Positions 1-12,936 of a stretch of 64,000 nt of DNA are shown piece by piece. Source of the DNA: Carcharhinus amblyrhynchos (lineage: Eukaryota); the NCBI GenBank assembly GCA_965287045.1, contig OZ336878.1:52390001-52454000 (forward strand), written 5' to 3'. The first letter of the stretch is position 1, and each line of letters opens with the position of its first letter. The translations under genes and the position numbers were made by a program. Below the pieces are notes generated by a model. It was not told the origin of the DNA, ran no database searches, and saw nothing but the letters and a program-made list of their open reading frames with translations.

Positions 1-669
1 CTATTTGGGAAGAAACCAAACTGAATCCAAGCAAAACTAATGTTTCTATTCATCATAAAGTGTTGGAAATACTGGAGATGGGTGGGGAGCTGGGGGAGTG
101 GAAATTGAGGGATGGCGGTGAAATTACACCATGTTACCTTTTTCTACCTACTTGTCTGTACGTGGGAGAGGGTAACCTGTTCTTAAAACATCACCTGCTT
201 TTCTCTTTTTCCTTCAGCCAGGAAGCACACAATAGCTGACTTTCTCCATTCTCCATATTTAGTATTCAATTTGCAAACTGTGGCTGAGATCTAAAGATAA
301 GCAAATTGGAGTATGGGCTGGGCATTATCTTTTTTGTTCCTTCACCTCTAATCTTGAAGGTTGTGGCTGAGGCAGGAGACTGAATTTTATCACTTGCTGT
401 CATTTGGCCTTTATTATCTTGTGCAAATGAGTACAAGTTTGAACAATGAGCAGCTACAGGATACCAATCACATGTAAACTCAAATTCACTTAGCAGATGT
501 TCAGACACAGAGACTGCTAGACAGTAATAAAGAGGAAAAATCCTGAATGACTTTCATCACCTTAAATTAAAGATGCTGTGTTGAAGTGCAGAAACCCAAT
601 TGTTGCTCTGGCTAAGATTAATTAGCTTAGCATAGATCCAGCCACATCTTTTATTCCTTCATGTGATAG

Positions 670-1170
670 CAATGTCACTGGTGAGGCCAGCATTTGTTAT
701 TCATCCCTAATTATCCTCGAGAAATTGGTGGTGATGCGGCTTCTTGCCTTCAGTTTCTCTCTAGCTGTTTGGAAGGGAGTTCCAGGGTTTTGCCCAGCCA
801 GGAATGGTGATGTAGTTCCAAGTTTGATGGTGGGTGGCTTGGAGGGGGAATTTCCAGGTGTTGGTGTTCCCACGCATTTGCTGCACTTGTCCTTCTAATG
901 TGGTAGAGGTTACAAGTTCAGAAGAAGTCTTGGTAAATTGCTGCCGTGTGTATGGGACTGACAGTCAGTGATGGAAGAGGCAAATAATTAAGATGGTGGA
1001 TGGAATGGCAATCAAGCAGTCTGCGTTATCCCACATGGTGTTGACTTTCATGTACGTGGCTGGAGCTACAGTCATGCAGTCAAGTTCATTCATTGGCACT
1101 TTTGTGAATGTTATTTGCCACTTAAAAATCCAAACCTGAATGTTGTCCAGGTCTCACTTCATGTGAACAC
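670..1170 (-). mobile_element. LINE (CR1/L2 superfamily) 3' fragment; related pieces at about 22270-22450, 30900-31200 and 43740-44090
   Basis: Recurrent shark LINE end GGCCAGCATTT...CCCTAATT...GGTGGTG. Confidence 0.6.
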
Positions 1171-1279
1171 AGTCCGCTTCATACCACAGGGCATATTTTG
1201 CCAAGTGATCTATTAAGGCAGCTACTGGAGAGAGTAGTTAAAAAAATGTTTTTTGGCATTTAGAATTTCAAACAGCACT

Positions 1280-1289
1280 TTTATTTAAT
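1280..1289 (-). terminator. Candidate ALG6 polyadenylation signal (overlapping ATTAAA and AATAAA)
   Basis: The minus strand reads CATTAAATAAAAG about 55 nt past the stop codon. Confidence 0.55.
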
Positions 1290-1339
1290 GTTTTATATTA
1301 CCAAAATAATTAATTCCTAGGTTTGCAGTGACTTGTCCT

Positions 1340-1537
1340 TTACTTGACTTTCCATTGATGCTTCCTGTAGAGTGGCTCCGAAAGATGCAGAATGTTGAAG
1401 TACACCAGAAAGACCAGGAAGTGGATGCAGGAAAATAGAGACACCATAACAGGGAATAAGTCTGGCAGTTGTGAGGGAGGAACTAGTGTTGCACTTATCA
1501 AACTAAGTGTTGCCATGGCAATTATGGATAGAAGGAA
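1340..1537 (-). CDS. ALG6: ALG6 terminal coding exon 14 (FLLSIIAMATLSLISATLVPPSQLPDLFPV...VYFNILHLSEPLYRKHQWKVK*)
   Basis: Contains PPxxLPDLF and FLxFLVYFNI motifs; TAA stop at 1340-1342. The 14 exons sum to 1521 nt, or 506 aa plus stop. Confidence 0.96.
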   Translation of the reverse strand, partial: FLLSIIAMATLSLISATLVPPSQLPDLFPVMVSLFSCIHFLVFLVYFNILHLSEPLYRKHQWKVK

Positions 1538-1944
1538 CTGTAGGAATAAAAGAAAAGACAGTTTTCCTTTTTCATATATTTCAAGTCACATTTTTCAATA
1601 CATCACATTTATGCTTTCTCATTTGAAAATATAAAATCCTGAAATCCTTCATTCTCCCTGTATCTTTACTTTGTTGTAATGCTCATCAACTATCACCTAC
1701 TTGGCTGATATGTTTCCCAGGATGCCATACTGTGGAACTATCTGCCTGTTAGTTTTTCCTTCTATAATCTCTTAAAGTCTGTGTTTATTGTTACCCCAGC
1801 ATTAGTTTTCTCATACATATTTCTCTCTTTTCTTCCTTGCTGGTGTCCTGTGTTTGTTACTAAATCCTTCAGCTTGGTTTCTTGATGAAGGAAAAAAGTA
1901 AAAGAATCAAAAGCTGCTCTCTGAATTTGATTCATTTATTGACG

Positions 1945-2400
1945 GTAGTTCATTGGGTAGCAATCTCACTCAGTCAGATAGTTAAGGATACATCCCCTAC
2001 TCCAGAGACTTGAATACAAAAATCTAGGCTAACACGCCAGTGTACTACCTAAAGGGTGCAACATTTTCAGAAATGTCATCCTTTGGATGAAACATTAAAC
2101 AGATGCCCTGCCTTTCCTGTCAAGTGGATGTGAAAGATCTTATCATGCTAGCTTGAAGAACATCAGGAGAATTTTTCCCAATATCCGGACCAACATTTAC
2201 GCTTCAACCATTTTTTTAAAAAATAGTAATCTGGTCACTGCTTTGTTGCAGAATGTGGGATCTTGCTTTTTGGAAATTGTGTGACATATTTCCTACATTA
2301 AAATAATGAACACACTGCAAAAGCATTTCAACGACTGTGAAACGTTTTGAGACATCCTGAGATCCTGAAAGGTGCAATATCAATGCTAGTCTTCCCATCT
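1945..2400 (+). mobile_element. SacSINE1-like DeuSINE; other copies at about 8925-9290, 27290-27650, 31690-31955, 40205-40625, and 61960-62125 plus 62940-63180
   Basis: Recurrent CTCCAGAGACTTGA...CTTTGGATGA..TTAAAC...AAAGATC core and an L2-like tail (GCTATATAAATGCAAG in the 40205-40625 copy). Confidence 0.75.
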
Positions 2401-2447
2401 TTCATTTACTGATGTTCCATCTTCTACTACCTCTACTTTCTCTGTAG

Positions 2448-2575
2448 TTTTTGGAGCACTGCTCCTTCATCAGGCGAGTCAAAATTCCAAATAAACCTGT
2501 TGGACTTTAAAAGCTAATGTTGTGAGACTTCTTACTGTACCCAGCCCAGTCCAACACCAGCAGATCCACATCATT
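2448..2575. mobile_element. Penelope pseudo-LTR relic; further Penelope-type relics at about 38972-39092 and 46240-46350
   Basis: Minus strand CTGATGAAGGAGCAGTGCTCC-AAAA (hammerhead-like), adjoining CCAAATAAACCTGTTGGACTTTAA...GTTGTGAGACTTCTTAC. Confidence 0.65.
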
Positions 2576-3060
2576 TATAGCTTTCGAGTAAAATAGCCAG
2601 TTTAGTACTTTTTTTTGTCAACTATAAATTTGCTTTGGGTTGGAGTTCCATAACTAGCAGAACTGGGCTAAAAATACCTTCAAATTAATCTTGTGTAAAG
2701 ACCCATCGACAATTAATCAAGATTTAGAATGTCAAACTAGAAGTCAAAATGTTTGATCCCACTTCTGTCATCTGGTATTAATGTTAAGCACTACCATTAT
2801 ATGCAAAATAAAGTCCTTGTTTCTCTGCCTCAACATCATAGCTTCAGATTTAGGAAAACACTCTGTTGCGATATTCTTTATTTCCTGCACCAATCATCCT
2901 AATGGTCAATTTACTACTAATTAACCTCCAGTGATCCAATTGAACTAATCAGGATTTGAACCCAGGTCCTGGACATGACAGGATAAGCTGTGATTTAACT
3001 GTTCCAACATTTCACAATTGAACACATTTTCAAAAAAAGATGATTTTCAAAATTACTTAC

Positions 3061-3259
3061 TGTAAGTTTTGCAAGATATGGTGGAATTGTAAAGTGTGGA
3101 ATGTACCTCCTCACACCCTGGGAAAATGGCTGGAGTCGTAGATCCTCCAATGGCACTTTATCAAATGCTGACAACAACTTTGCTGTGACGAGGAGGAAAG
3201 CCAAAGAGGTAACAGTGTAAGGAAGGAGCAGCCCATCCTTCAACAACAGAGGAAACATG
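3061..3259 (-). CDS. ALG6: ALG6 coding exon 13 (MFPLLLKDGLLLPYTVTSLAF...PPYLAKLT)
   Basis: Contains MxPLLLKD. ACAG acceptor, GTAAGT donor, 199 bp. Confidence 0.96.
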
Positions 3260-3399
3260 CTGTAAGAAAATAGTGTGAATTAAGAAACTTCACTCTTACT
3301 CTGTTACACCACAAGAGATATAAAATTTATTACAGTAAAACCAAATCCTTGGATTTAGCATTGGCAGCTGAAGATTGAGCACCAATTATTCGCTTTGGT

Positions 3400-3722
3400 C
3401 ATCTACGCTAAGACGGTTGATAGACTGGGTCACAGTTTGGGGATATAGGGTAGACCATTTAGAAGAGATGAGGAGAAATTTCTTTACTCAGAGAGTGGTC
3501 ACCTATGGTATTCGCTACCACAGAAAACAGTTAAGGCCAAAACATTGAATGTTTTCAAGAAGCAGTTAAATATAGCACTTGAGATGAAGGGAATCAAAGG
3601 ATAGGAGGGGGAAGGTGAGAGATCAGGTATTCAGTTGAATGATCAGCCATGATCATAATGAGTGGAAGTGCAGGCTCGAAGGGCCAAATGGCCTCCTCTT
3701 ACTCCTTTTCCTACGTTTCTAT
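3400..3722 (+). mobile_element. CR1 3'-end fragment
   Basis: GAGGAGAAATTTCTTTACTCAGAGAGTGGT (RRNFFTQRVV) and the GGGCCAAATGGCCT tail hairpin. Confidence 0.85.
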
Positions 3723-3761
3723 CTTTTTAAGTTGGGCTGATCCATGAACAATATGCTTTTT

Positions 3762-5892
3762 GGGCAATACCCCACTCAATATTTGGGAGTTGTCCAGGGC
3801 TTAATGAATAAATGACTTTCAGCTCCATCACAAAAGTGAGCCTTTATAAACTTAAATAAGCATATAACCTGTGCCCTAGCACTGCCCAAGAGGCAAAGTG
3901 CCAATGCCCAGGGGACATCTTGGCACTAGGCATGGGAAAGTGCCAAAGAGTGGGGCCTATGCAGGAGGGGGTTACTGCTGCTACTCAGTATCTGGGCGTA
4001 GTGAGAGGCCAGTGATTGGGGCTGCCAGTGGGGTTTGATTTGGTTTATTATTGTCACATGTATTAACATACAGTGAAAAGTATTGTTTCTTATGCACTAT
4101 ACAGACAAAACATACCGTACATAGAGAAGGAAACAGAAGAATGCAGAATGCAGAATGCAGTGTTACAGCCATTGCTAGGACATAGAGAAACATCAAGTTA
4201 ATATAAAGGTAAGTCCATTCAGACAGCAGCAGGGAAGAAGTTGTTCTTGAGTCAGTTGTTACGTAACCTCAGACTTTTGTATCATTTTCCTGAACGAAGT
4301 AGTGTCTGGGGTGCGTGGAGTCTTTAATTATGCTGGCTGCTTTGCCGAGGCAGCAGGAAGTGTAGACAGAGTCAATGGATTGGAGGCTGGTTTGCATGAT
4401 GGATTGGGCTACATTCACAACCTTTTGCAGTTTCTTGCGGTCTTGGACAGAGCAGGAGCCATACCAAGCTGTGAAACAACGAGAAAGAATGCTTTTTATG
4501 GTGCATCTGTAAAAGTTGGTATGAGTCGTAACTGACATGCCAAATTTCCTTAGTCTTCTGAGAAAGTAGATGCATTGGTAGGCTTTCTTAACTATAGCGT
4601 CAGCATGGGGGAACCAGGACAGGTTGATGATGATCTGGACATCTAAAACTTGAAGCTCTTGACCCTTTCTACTTTGTTCCCATTGATGTAAACAGGGGCA
4701 TGTTTTCCTTTAAGCTTCCTGAAGTTGACGACAATCTCCTTCATTTTGTTGACATTGAGAGAGATTATTGTTGCCGCACCAGTTCACCAGATTCTCTCTC
4801 TCATTGCTGTACTCTATCTCCTCATTGTTTGAGATCCAAAAATTGGAGAGGAATTTGGCTGCATAGTCATAGGTGTAAAAGGAGTATAGAAGGGGGCTGA
4901 GATCACAGCCTTGTGGGGTACTGGTGTTGAGGATGATCACGCAGGAGATGTTGTTGCCTATCCTTACTGATTGCGGTGTGCGAGTTAGGCAATTCAGAAT
5001 CCAGTTGAAGAGGGAGATGCCGAGGCCCAGGCCACGGAGTTTGGAGATGAGTCTTGTAGGAATAATAGTGTTGAAGGCTGAGCTGTAGTCAATAAATAGG
5101 AGTCCAACATAGGTGTTCCAGGGTTGAGTGCAGGGCCAGGAAATGGCGTCTGCTGCTGTGGTAGGCAAACAGTAGTACATCCAGTAGTCCGGGAGGCCAG
5201 AATTGATTTGTGCCATGACTAACCTTTCAAAGCACTTCATAATGAAGAATGTCAGAGCCACTGGCTAATAGTCATTAAGGCACGCTGCTTGCCTTAGGTA
5301 TGATGGTCGTCTTCTTGAAGAGATAGAGATTTCAGATTGTTGTAAAGAGAGATTGAAGACGTCTGTAAGTACCCCCGCCAGCTGATCCACACAGAGTCTG
5401 AGTGCACGTTCGGATACTCATCCGGGCCAGTTGCTTTCCATGGATGGATGGGAAGATCCAAAGGTCGGGGCTGCCGGTTGGGGTGGAGAAGAAGGGAGAT
5501 TGAGGCAGGCTGGAGTGTGAGGGCAAGGAAGATTGACGCAGTCAGGAGGGGATGGGCCAGCAATCGGGCCATTTGGGGTGGGGGGTCCACATGACCGGTG
5601 ATGCAGGGATCACAGGACTATCTAGTGATTGTGAGGCCAGCTGAGCGGGGCTATTGTGCATGTGCCGATCTTGGGCTGATAGATCAGCACATGCACAGTG
5701 ACTTGCTTAGCGCTGTGCTGCCGGCCTCTCCAGCAGGAATAGGCCCCATCCACTGAATGTAAGCATGACTCACGCTAAGGCACTCTGCAGTGGAGAGTGT
5801 GGGAGATTCATTTTTAATCTCCCCTTGAAAAAACAAACATGATTTTTATGCCTATTCAATGCTTAGAATTTTTTTTTGGGAGAATCGCCCCC
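3762..5892. mobile_element. GC-rich non-autonomous DNA element (possibly a Harbinger-type MITE) interrupted by the Rex1 LINE
   Basis: GC-rich segments on both sides of the LINE. The right terminus GGGAGAATCGCCCC resembles ends of shark MITEs. The left end is uncertain. Confidence 0.4.
4034..5440 (-). mobile_element. Decayed Rex1/Babar-type LINE, 3' portion
   Basis: Frameshifted RT fragments MKCFERLV, LFIDYSSAFNTIIP, PQGCDLSPLLYS and NFYRCTIKSILSRCFTAWYG. The 3' end reads ...GTGACAATAATAAA. Confidence 0.85.
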
Positions 5893-6322
5893 TACAGATC
5901 TACTGAGCGTATGCCGTAATGTATAAATGTGGCATGGAGTTTTCAGCTTTGTTAATTGGTTTATGGGGAAAGTGCTTTTTCTGTAGCTTAGTGTAATAGT
6001 TATTTGTAGTCATGTTGATTTTAGTTTGCTTGTTACATCAAAGCGTTAAATTTTCCCACTGGAAAAATGGTATCTCATTTTAAAAGTTACTGGAAACAGT
6101 GGCCCAAATATGTCATGAATGTTTAAAAGGAAAAGGTGACTGATGTTTACTAAAATTATCTGCAAGGGGCATGATACACCTAAAAGCTTTTTAAATCGTA
6201 AGTTCCTTGTCACTTTAAACAGGAGAGGAAATGGAAAATCATTACAATAGGGCCACGGCACATCACAGAATCTATTCATTAGCATCAACTCAGGGATTTG
6301 ACATGAAAAAAGCTGACCTTAC

Positions 6323-6391
6323 CTAAAAGTTGATACAAGCAAAAACCAGGTTGCCATGAAAGGAATTTCATGTAGAAGCAACAACACAGGT
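6323..6391 (-). CDS. ALG6: ALG6 coding exon 12 (PVLLLLHEIPFMATWFLLVSTFS)
   Basis: Contains EIPFMxTWFLLVSTFS. TTTTCAG acceptor, GTAAGG donor, 69 bp. Confidence 0.96.
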
Positions 6392-6569
6392 CTGAAAACA
6401 AACCAGATAAAAGGAACATGATTGGAAACATGCAGAGTTGAACTGAAATATAATGGCAATGGATACTGTGGGTAAGCACGCTGCCTACCTTTTCTGGTAC
6501 CCAGCCAGATTGGTAAGATCAGGAAGCTCAAAGGTTTGCTCACTCAATTTGCAACCTGCTCACACTCAA

Positions 6570-8690
6570 ATCACAGAATGGTACAGGAGGAGGCAATGAA
6601 GCCCATTCAGTCTATGCCAGCTCTCTGCCAGTGCAACTCAACTAGTCCTCACTTTCCCGTCCTTTTCCTGTAACCCTAGAATTTTTTCACTTCAAATAAT
6701 TCTCCAATTTTTTGGAAAGCCACAATTGAATCTGCCTTCACCACAGTCTCTGGCAGTGATTGGGAGGCCAGCAGTGTGTGGCCATTTTTTTGAGAACGCT
6801 TTTAGAAACAATAATCAGGGTCAAAAACAATAGTCACTTGGACAAGGGTGGATAAATTAAGGAAAGCCACCATAGATTTGTTAAAGATAAATTGTTTTTA
6901 ATCAACTTGATTTGAGTTTTTAGATAAGGTGGCAGAGTGGGTTGAAGGTAATGTGATTGATGCAATGCCCTTGGACTTTCAAAAGGCATTTGACATATTT
7001 CCACAAAATAAGCTCTCAGGAGCAAAGTCAAAACCCATGTAATGAAAGGCACACTAGCAGTATGGTTATGCACTTGATTGAATGGCAGAAAACAGTAGTA
7101 GTGAATGGGTTTTTTTTGGGCTGTAGGAAGGTACACAATGGAGTTCTTAAACAAAGATTTTTCCTCATGCCACTCTGGTTCTTTTGCTGGTAACTTTATG
7201 TTGGTGTCCTCTGGTTCTTGTCCCTTCTGCCAATGGCAATGGTTTCTCTCTGTCTACTGTCTTGACCCCTTCATGATTTTGAGCATTTCTATTAAATCTA
7301 CTCTCAGGCTTCTCTTCCATAAGCAGAACAACCCCAGTTTCGCCAATTTATTCACATTGCTGCAGTCCTTCACCCTGGAACCATTTTTGTAAATCTTTTC
7401 TGCACCCTCTCTAAAATAGCCTTTACATTCTTCCTGAAGTCTGGTGCTCAGAGTTGGACTCAGTGTTTATTAGAATTCATCAGAACTTCCTTACTTCTGT
7501 AATCAATGCATCAATTCATAAAACCCAAGATCCTCTTTGCCTTTCCAACCAATTTCTCAAGCTGCCCTTCAATGATTCATGCACATCCACCAGATCTCCG
7601 CAGTCCCTTTAGACTTGCACCCTTGACTTTAGATACCATCTCTGTGCTTCCTACCAAAATGTATCACCTCCCATTTCTCTACATTAAATTTAATCTGTCA
7701 CCTATCTGCCCATTCCGCCAGACTATCCACTACCTTGAGGAACCTACCACTTTTCTCCTCACAGTTCAAGAACGGCCATGTTTGTGTCATCTGCAAATTT
7801 TGAAAATGCACACTGTACACCCAAGTTTGGGTCATTGAAATAAGTGATCTGAGAACTCTACTGTATACCTTCCCACAGCCCAAAAAACATTCACTATTCC
7901 TGTTTCCTACTATTCAATCAAGTGGATAGCCATACTGCCATTGTTCCTTCCATTACATGGGTTTTGACTTTGCTAGCAAGCCTATTTTGTGGAAATGTGT
8001 CAAATGCCTTTTGAAAGTCCAATGGCATTGCATCAATCACATTATCTTCATCAACCCACTCTGTTACCTTACCTAAAAACTCAAATCAAGTTGGTTAAAA
8101 ACAATTTACCTTAAACAAATCTATAGTGGCTTTCCTTAATTAATCTACATTAGTCCAAGTGACTATTGTTCTTGACCCTGATTATTGTTTCTAAAAGCAT
8201 TCTCATTGCTGAGTTAAACTAACTGGCTTGTCATTGTTAGATCTACAATCCTTTTTGAACAAAACTGCAGTATTTGCAATTCTCCTTTCTTCTGGCACTA
8301 TATTTCTATCTAAGAAAGACTGGAAGATTTTAGGCAATGCCTCCACAGTTTCTTCCCCTAGTTCCTCAGGATCCTTGTATACAGCCCAGCTGATCCTGGT
8401 GACTTAGCAACTCCATTTTCAATTTTAGCCCATACAGTATGTCAACTGCCTTCTCTTTCATTATGACTTCAGCAGCATCTTCTTCCTTGGTAAAGATAAA
8501 TGCAAAATACTCATTCACTATCTCAGCACCTCAGCCATGTCATCTGCCTTCAAGAAAGATCTTTTCTTTTGGTCCATAAATCAACGCAATCTTTCTTATT
8601 ATCCTTATGCTATGTATATGCTTGTAGAAGACTTGTGTGTTCCCTTTTTGTTAGCTGCCAGTCTCTTCTCATACTTGCTACCTGGACAAC
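6570..8690 (-). mobile_element. Old CR1 LINE fragment with an inverted internal copy at about 6793-7150
   Basis: Decayed RT sequence (DFQKAFD-like). CR1-type 3' tail near 6570-6620. Confidence 0.8.
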
Positions 8691-11600
8691 AAGAAGAATG
8701 GCTATCTGGGAAAGGTAGAGTAACCTGATCATCACTTGACTGTATCCTAGCACTGGAAAGAAAGTGAACGTGAGCAACTTTCTACTAATTTTCTCTCCCC
8801 TTCACCTCCTGTCCATCATGCTGATGGTATACAAGTGTCACAGACCTTATTGCTGAGGAAAGTCTCAGGAAGACTAAAGAAATGCGAAGGAATGGGACTA
8901 TCTGTAATACATTGCTGAACATTAGCTCAATCCAGTTAGTAGCACATTTTCCTCAAAAAGCTTGGGATTCAAGTCCACTCCAAAATCTGATGATCTTGGC
9001 TGATTTGCCAATACAGCAATGAGAGAATACTTCATTCGGAAGTGCTGTCCTTTGGATAGATATTGAAACATGGCACTGTTCTTCCAGTGTTTCAATGTGA
9101 ATGTTAAAGATCCACGAGCATTACGTAAGGCAGTACAATAAGTTCATTAGGTGCGCTGGTCAATGTCCTACCCTCAAGATTCAGTTATTCAATGCATTAC
9201 TTATCTTAAATACAAAATGGCTGCTCAACTTGGCTACATAACAGACATTGTACATGAAGTGCTTGAGGTATTTCTAAGATAGAATGGGATGGCATCCAAG
9301 TATATGTTTTTGTCCCTTCCCGTACTGTTCAGTAGACTGTCTACAATCTGACTAAACTTGCATATGATGAATGGCCACTTAAGTAAAACATCAGAGAGTG
9401 GCTGATTTCTGTAGAATCATAGCCTGGCAGAAGTCTGTGCCTTCAGGAACGGAGAAAATTGGAACAAAAAATATATAATTTTAAAATAAGAAATTGAGCC
9501 AGGGAGGCAAAATTGTAGCCAGGTTTGATAAATTATTCCCAGCAAATGTGCTCTGGGCAGAAGGCTGCTCCGTTAATTTTATGGCAGCAAAATTGCCTAC
9601 TGACTGCCTCAAGGTCAGAATGAGATGGAGCAGAAGACTATGTTTGAACAACTGATGGGCTGATATGTTATCTGGCAGAAATACCAATGATCAGATTAGT
9701 CAGTAACCATGCAATAATAACTTAATCTCAAGTTACTTTTGATTAAATAATAATCAATATTTTATAAATAAATGTTGTATTCATTTTAGTTACTCCATGC
9801 AGTGTTGCACAACATATTCTGTCCAATTTGCTTTCATAAGTGAACGTACATTAATTTAAACTTTTAAAATTACATTATTGGACAGGAGTGATTCATATTC
9901 AATTGTTGGCACCTCATTCTTGAGGCGAGGCGGTCATTTAAATAGATTATTCATTTGCACACGAGCACGCACAAATGCCTATTTGGAGTGGGAACATCAC
10001 AAGAATTGCATGTTTTCAGACAATAAAATCAGCCTTGCTGAATCAAGGTTGCCTGCATGGCCACCAGGAGCAGATACACTGACTAAATTTTCCCTCTTAA
10101 TTGTAGCACCACACCATTGCTCTGGTGACTAACTCAGCAAAGACCAGAGATAAAACAAGAACACTTCTTTTTTTAACTCTAATACCTCAGTACGTGGTGC
10201 ATTTACTTACTTCACCTTCATGGCAGGTCAGTCAAAATTCATTATGTAGACTATTCCCTAATGGCTGCACAAATCATCTATTCGTGAGCTGAAAGTATCA
10301 ATTTGGCTCAGGTGGTAACATTTCTGGGTCAGCAAGTTATATTCAGGTCCTATTCTATTCTATGACTTGAACACATAAATTGCATTAAATATATAATTTA
10401 AATTTTGTTGGAAATTTATCAATGAAGCAGTTATGACAAGGGAACTTCAGTGTCGGATCATTGAACTTTTATTAAATTAGCAATTTCTTAAATAAGCTAA
10501 TGTACCATATTATAATGTATTCAACCTGGACTAGTAAATCAAAAGAAATTAAACTGTTACTGTTGAAAATGTTATATTTGTCTCAAATACATTTTGTATT
10601 CTCTCATCTTCATCAGTCATGTATTCACAGTTCACACCACTGTTACCCTTACAGCTTCCACCATCACAAGAACAGGTTCATAAAGCACAGGTGGGTCAGT
10701 CTGTCGCATTCCAGTTACAAGACAAAGAAAGAGAGTTAAGCTGGTTTTCCATGGTAAAATGAAACTCAAATGAAGTTTCTAAGATTAAGAGTGGAACTGA
10801 CAAAATTGATCCTGGCATATTGCTTATCAAGAGGTTCAACTGCCCAGGGATAAATGGAAAATGAATCCGTAAAGGCTAGAATGTTAGGTAAATGATTTTA
10901 GATTTGTGAAATAATTTGTTATGGAAGGCTATTGAATCTGTTAACATAAAGAGATCTACTTCTGAAGAGAGGAGGAACAAAAAGATGCAGTAAGAACATG
11001 GCTAGATAGGTTTGGTCTTTCAAAAAGGGATGGAATTGTTGACCTTGATGGAAAAAGTCATCTTTTATAATGACTAATGTCTACTAGTTTGACTGAAAAT
11101 ATCATACTGTCACAAGGAACTTGAGAATTAGACAATTTATAAACAAACATATATGCAAATTCCCTTTTAAAATGGAAGAATGAAGGAATATTACTTATGT
11201 GACATTCTATGATACATGCTTGTCGTGGGTGACTTTTAACCTCAGTGCACCCCCCACCCCCTTCCCCACTGACAGCTAATTATACTTAAAATGTTCTCGA
11301 CTGCAGAAAATGTTGCTGAGTCATAGTCCCTCAGCCAACAAACCGCTCATATTGAGCCCCTGTTAATGGAATTGACAGCTATGGGATTGCAGTATCCCAA
11401 ATCCAATACTGATCTTGCTAGTCATCAATAAATGTGCCCATTCCAGCAGGGGGTGCTGCTTAGTGACTTGCTTGATTTCTATTTCATTCTACTTCAACCT
11501 AGCCTGGAAAATTGCTGCCCAAGCCAAGGTCAACTAACAGCATGAAATCGTGGCGTGTACATGGGAACTTCCAAGTTCTTTATGTCTCAATACTACATTC

Positions 11601-12936
11601 AGCTGAGCATTTAATTACTTAACCATTGGGAAAGCTCAATCAACAGTTGTTTTTTAAAAACATGGTAACAAGGGTAGAGGCACGAGAAGCAGATAGATGT
11701 TTGCCTAGTGAAAGGGGACTCAGTAGAATAAAGTTTGTCTTTAATTAAATATTTCTGAACAAGTTGTTTAGAAAAAAATTGTGCAAGTCCCTTTCATTAT
11801 ATTACATCCAGTTATTTTTCATAGTTTGTAATATCTAAAAGCTGAAATATTGTGTGCTACTAACTCAAACTAAAATACACGTTCCTTTCAAGTCAGCTGA
11901 GTGCCTCTAATGTCTGATTCCATTAAAATTAAAGATCACAACTAACCAATTTTAAAAACTAAATCAAGGCACATGATCTGAAGATCTGAACTCTCTGTAC
12001 ATCTTAGACCATGCATGAGCCTCAATGAACTTAAAGGGAAAACTTACTCACTGAATTAACGTTACAATGGGCATTATTGACACACGAAGCCCTCAATATT
12101 ATGTTGAAATGATAGTTTTGACAGTCTGGAAGGAGATGTTTTATGTATATCTCCTCTTCTGGCAGAATGACTTCATGAATGAGCAAGTTCCCACATTTTG
12201 TATTCATGTCAATGGAATGGGACACAGTAACATTACAGAAGGGACTGTAAAACTAGGAATGTCCGTGTGGAATAGGGAGACCGAGAAAAATGAGAAGGGG
12301 AGAAAATGTCTTTTTTAATACTGCATTAAGATACAAAAAAAAAGGGGGTATAGTTGCCTGATGAATTAGTAATCCATAGAGACCAGGAAGGCCCCAGATT
12401 GCTTGCTTTAGATGAGGTAATTCGAGCTATAATTAGCTACAGTTTATATCAGGAAGGTTTAAAAAAACACTTCTAGTCGCTATCCTCTGAATCCGTGCAG
12501 GAGATCCATACCTAACTGAGGAACTTGCAGGCTAGGACGTAATACCTGAATTCACACCACCTGACCACACCACCACCACCACCCCCACCATCCCCTCCCC
12601 CCAACCCCTGAAGTTGAATAATCTGTATGCCTTCACTACTTAATTAACCTTTAATTAAGAACAGCCACTTGAGTAAGGCTCTGAAAAGTTGCTGGCACTT
12701 ACAGAATCATTATAGACTGTCAACATTTTGAACAAAAAGGGAGAAATTGAGGGCAGGAAAAGACCCAAGGATTTTTATTTTAAACACTATCTCATAGTGT
12801 TATCTACTTTACTATTATTAGTAATTCTGTAATAAGATCTGATAGAGAGAAAAAAAACATTTACTCTGCTGTTCATCACGTGGTTTCTACATTTCTCTCT
12901 CACACGCAGTTAAAATAAAAGATATTCAAAACTTAC

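Noticed and set aside
10655-10690. 36-bp plus-strand AG...GT mini-exon (LPPSQEQVHKAQ), considered as part of an antisense gene such as ITGB3BP
   Set aside because: No recognisable homology or partner exons, and such matches arise by chance.
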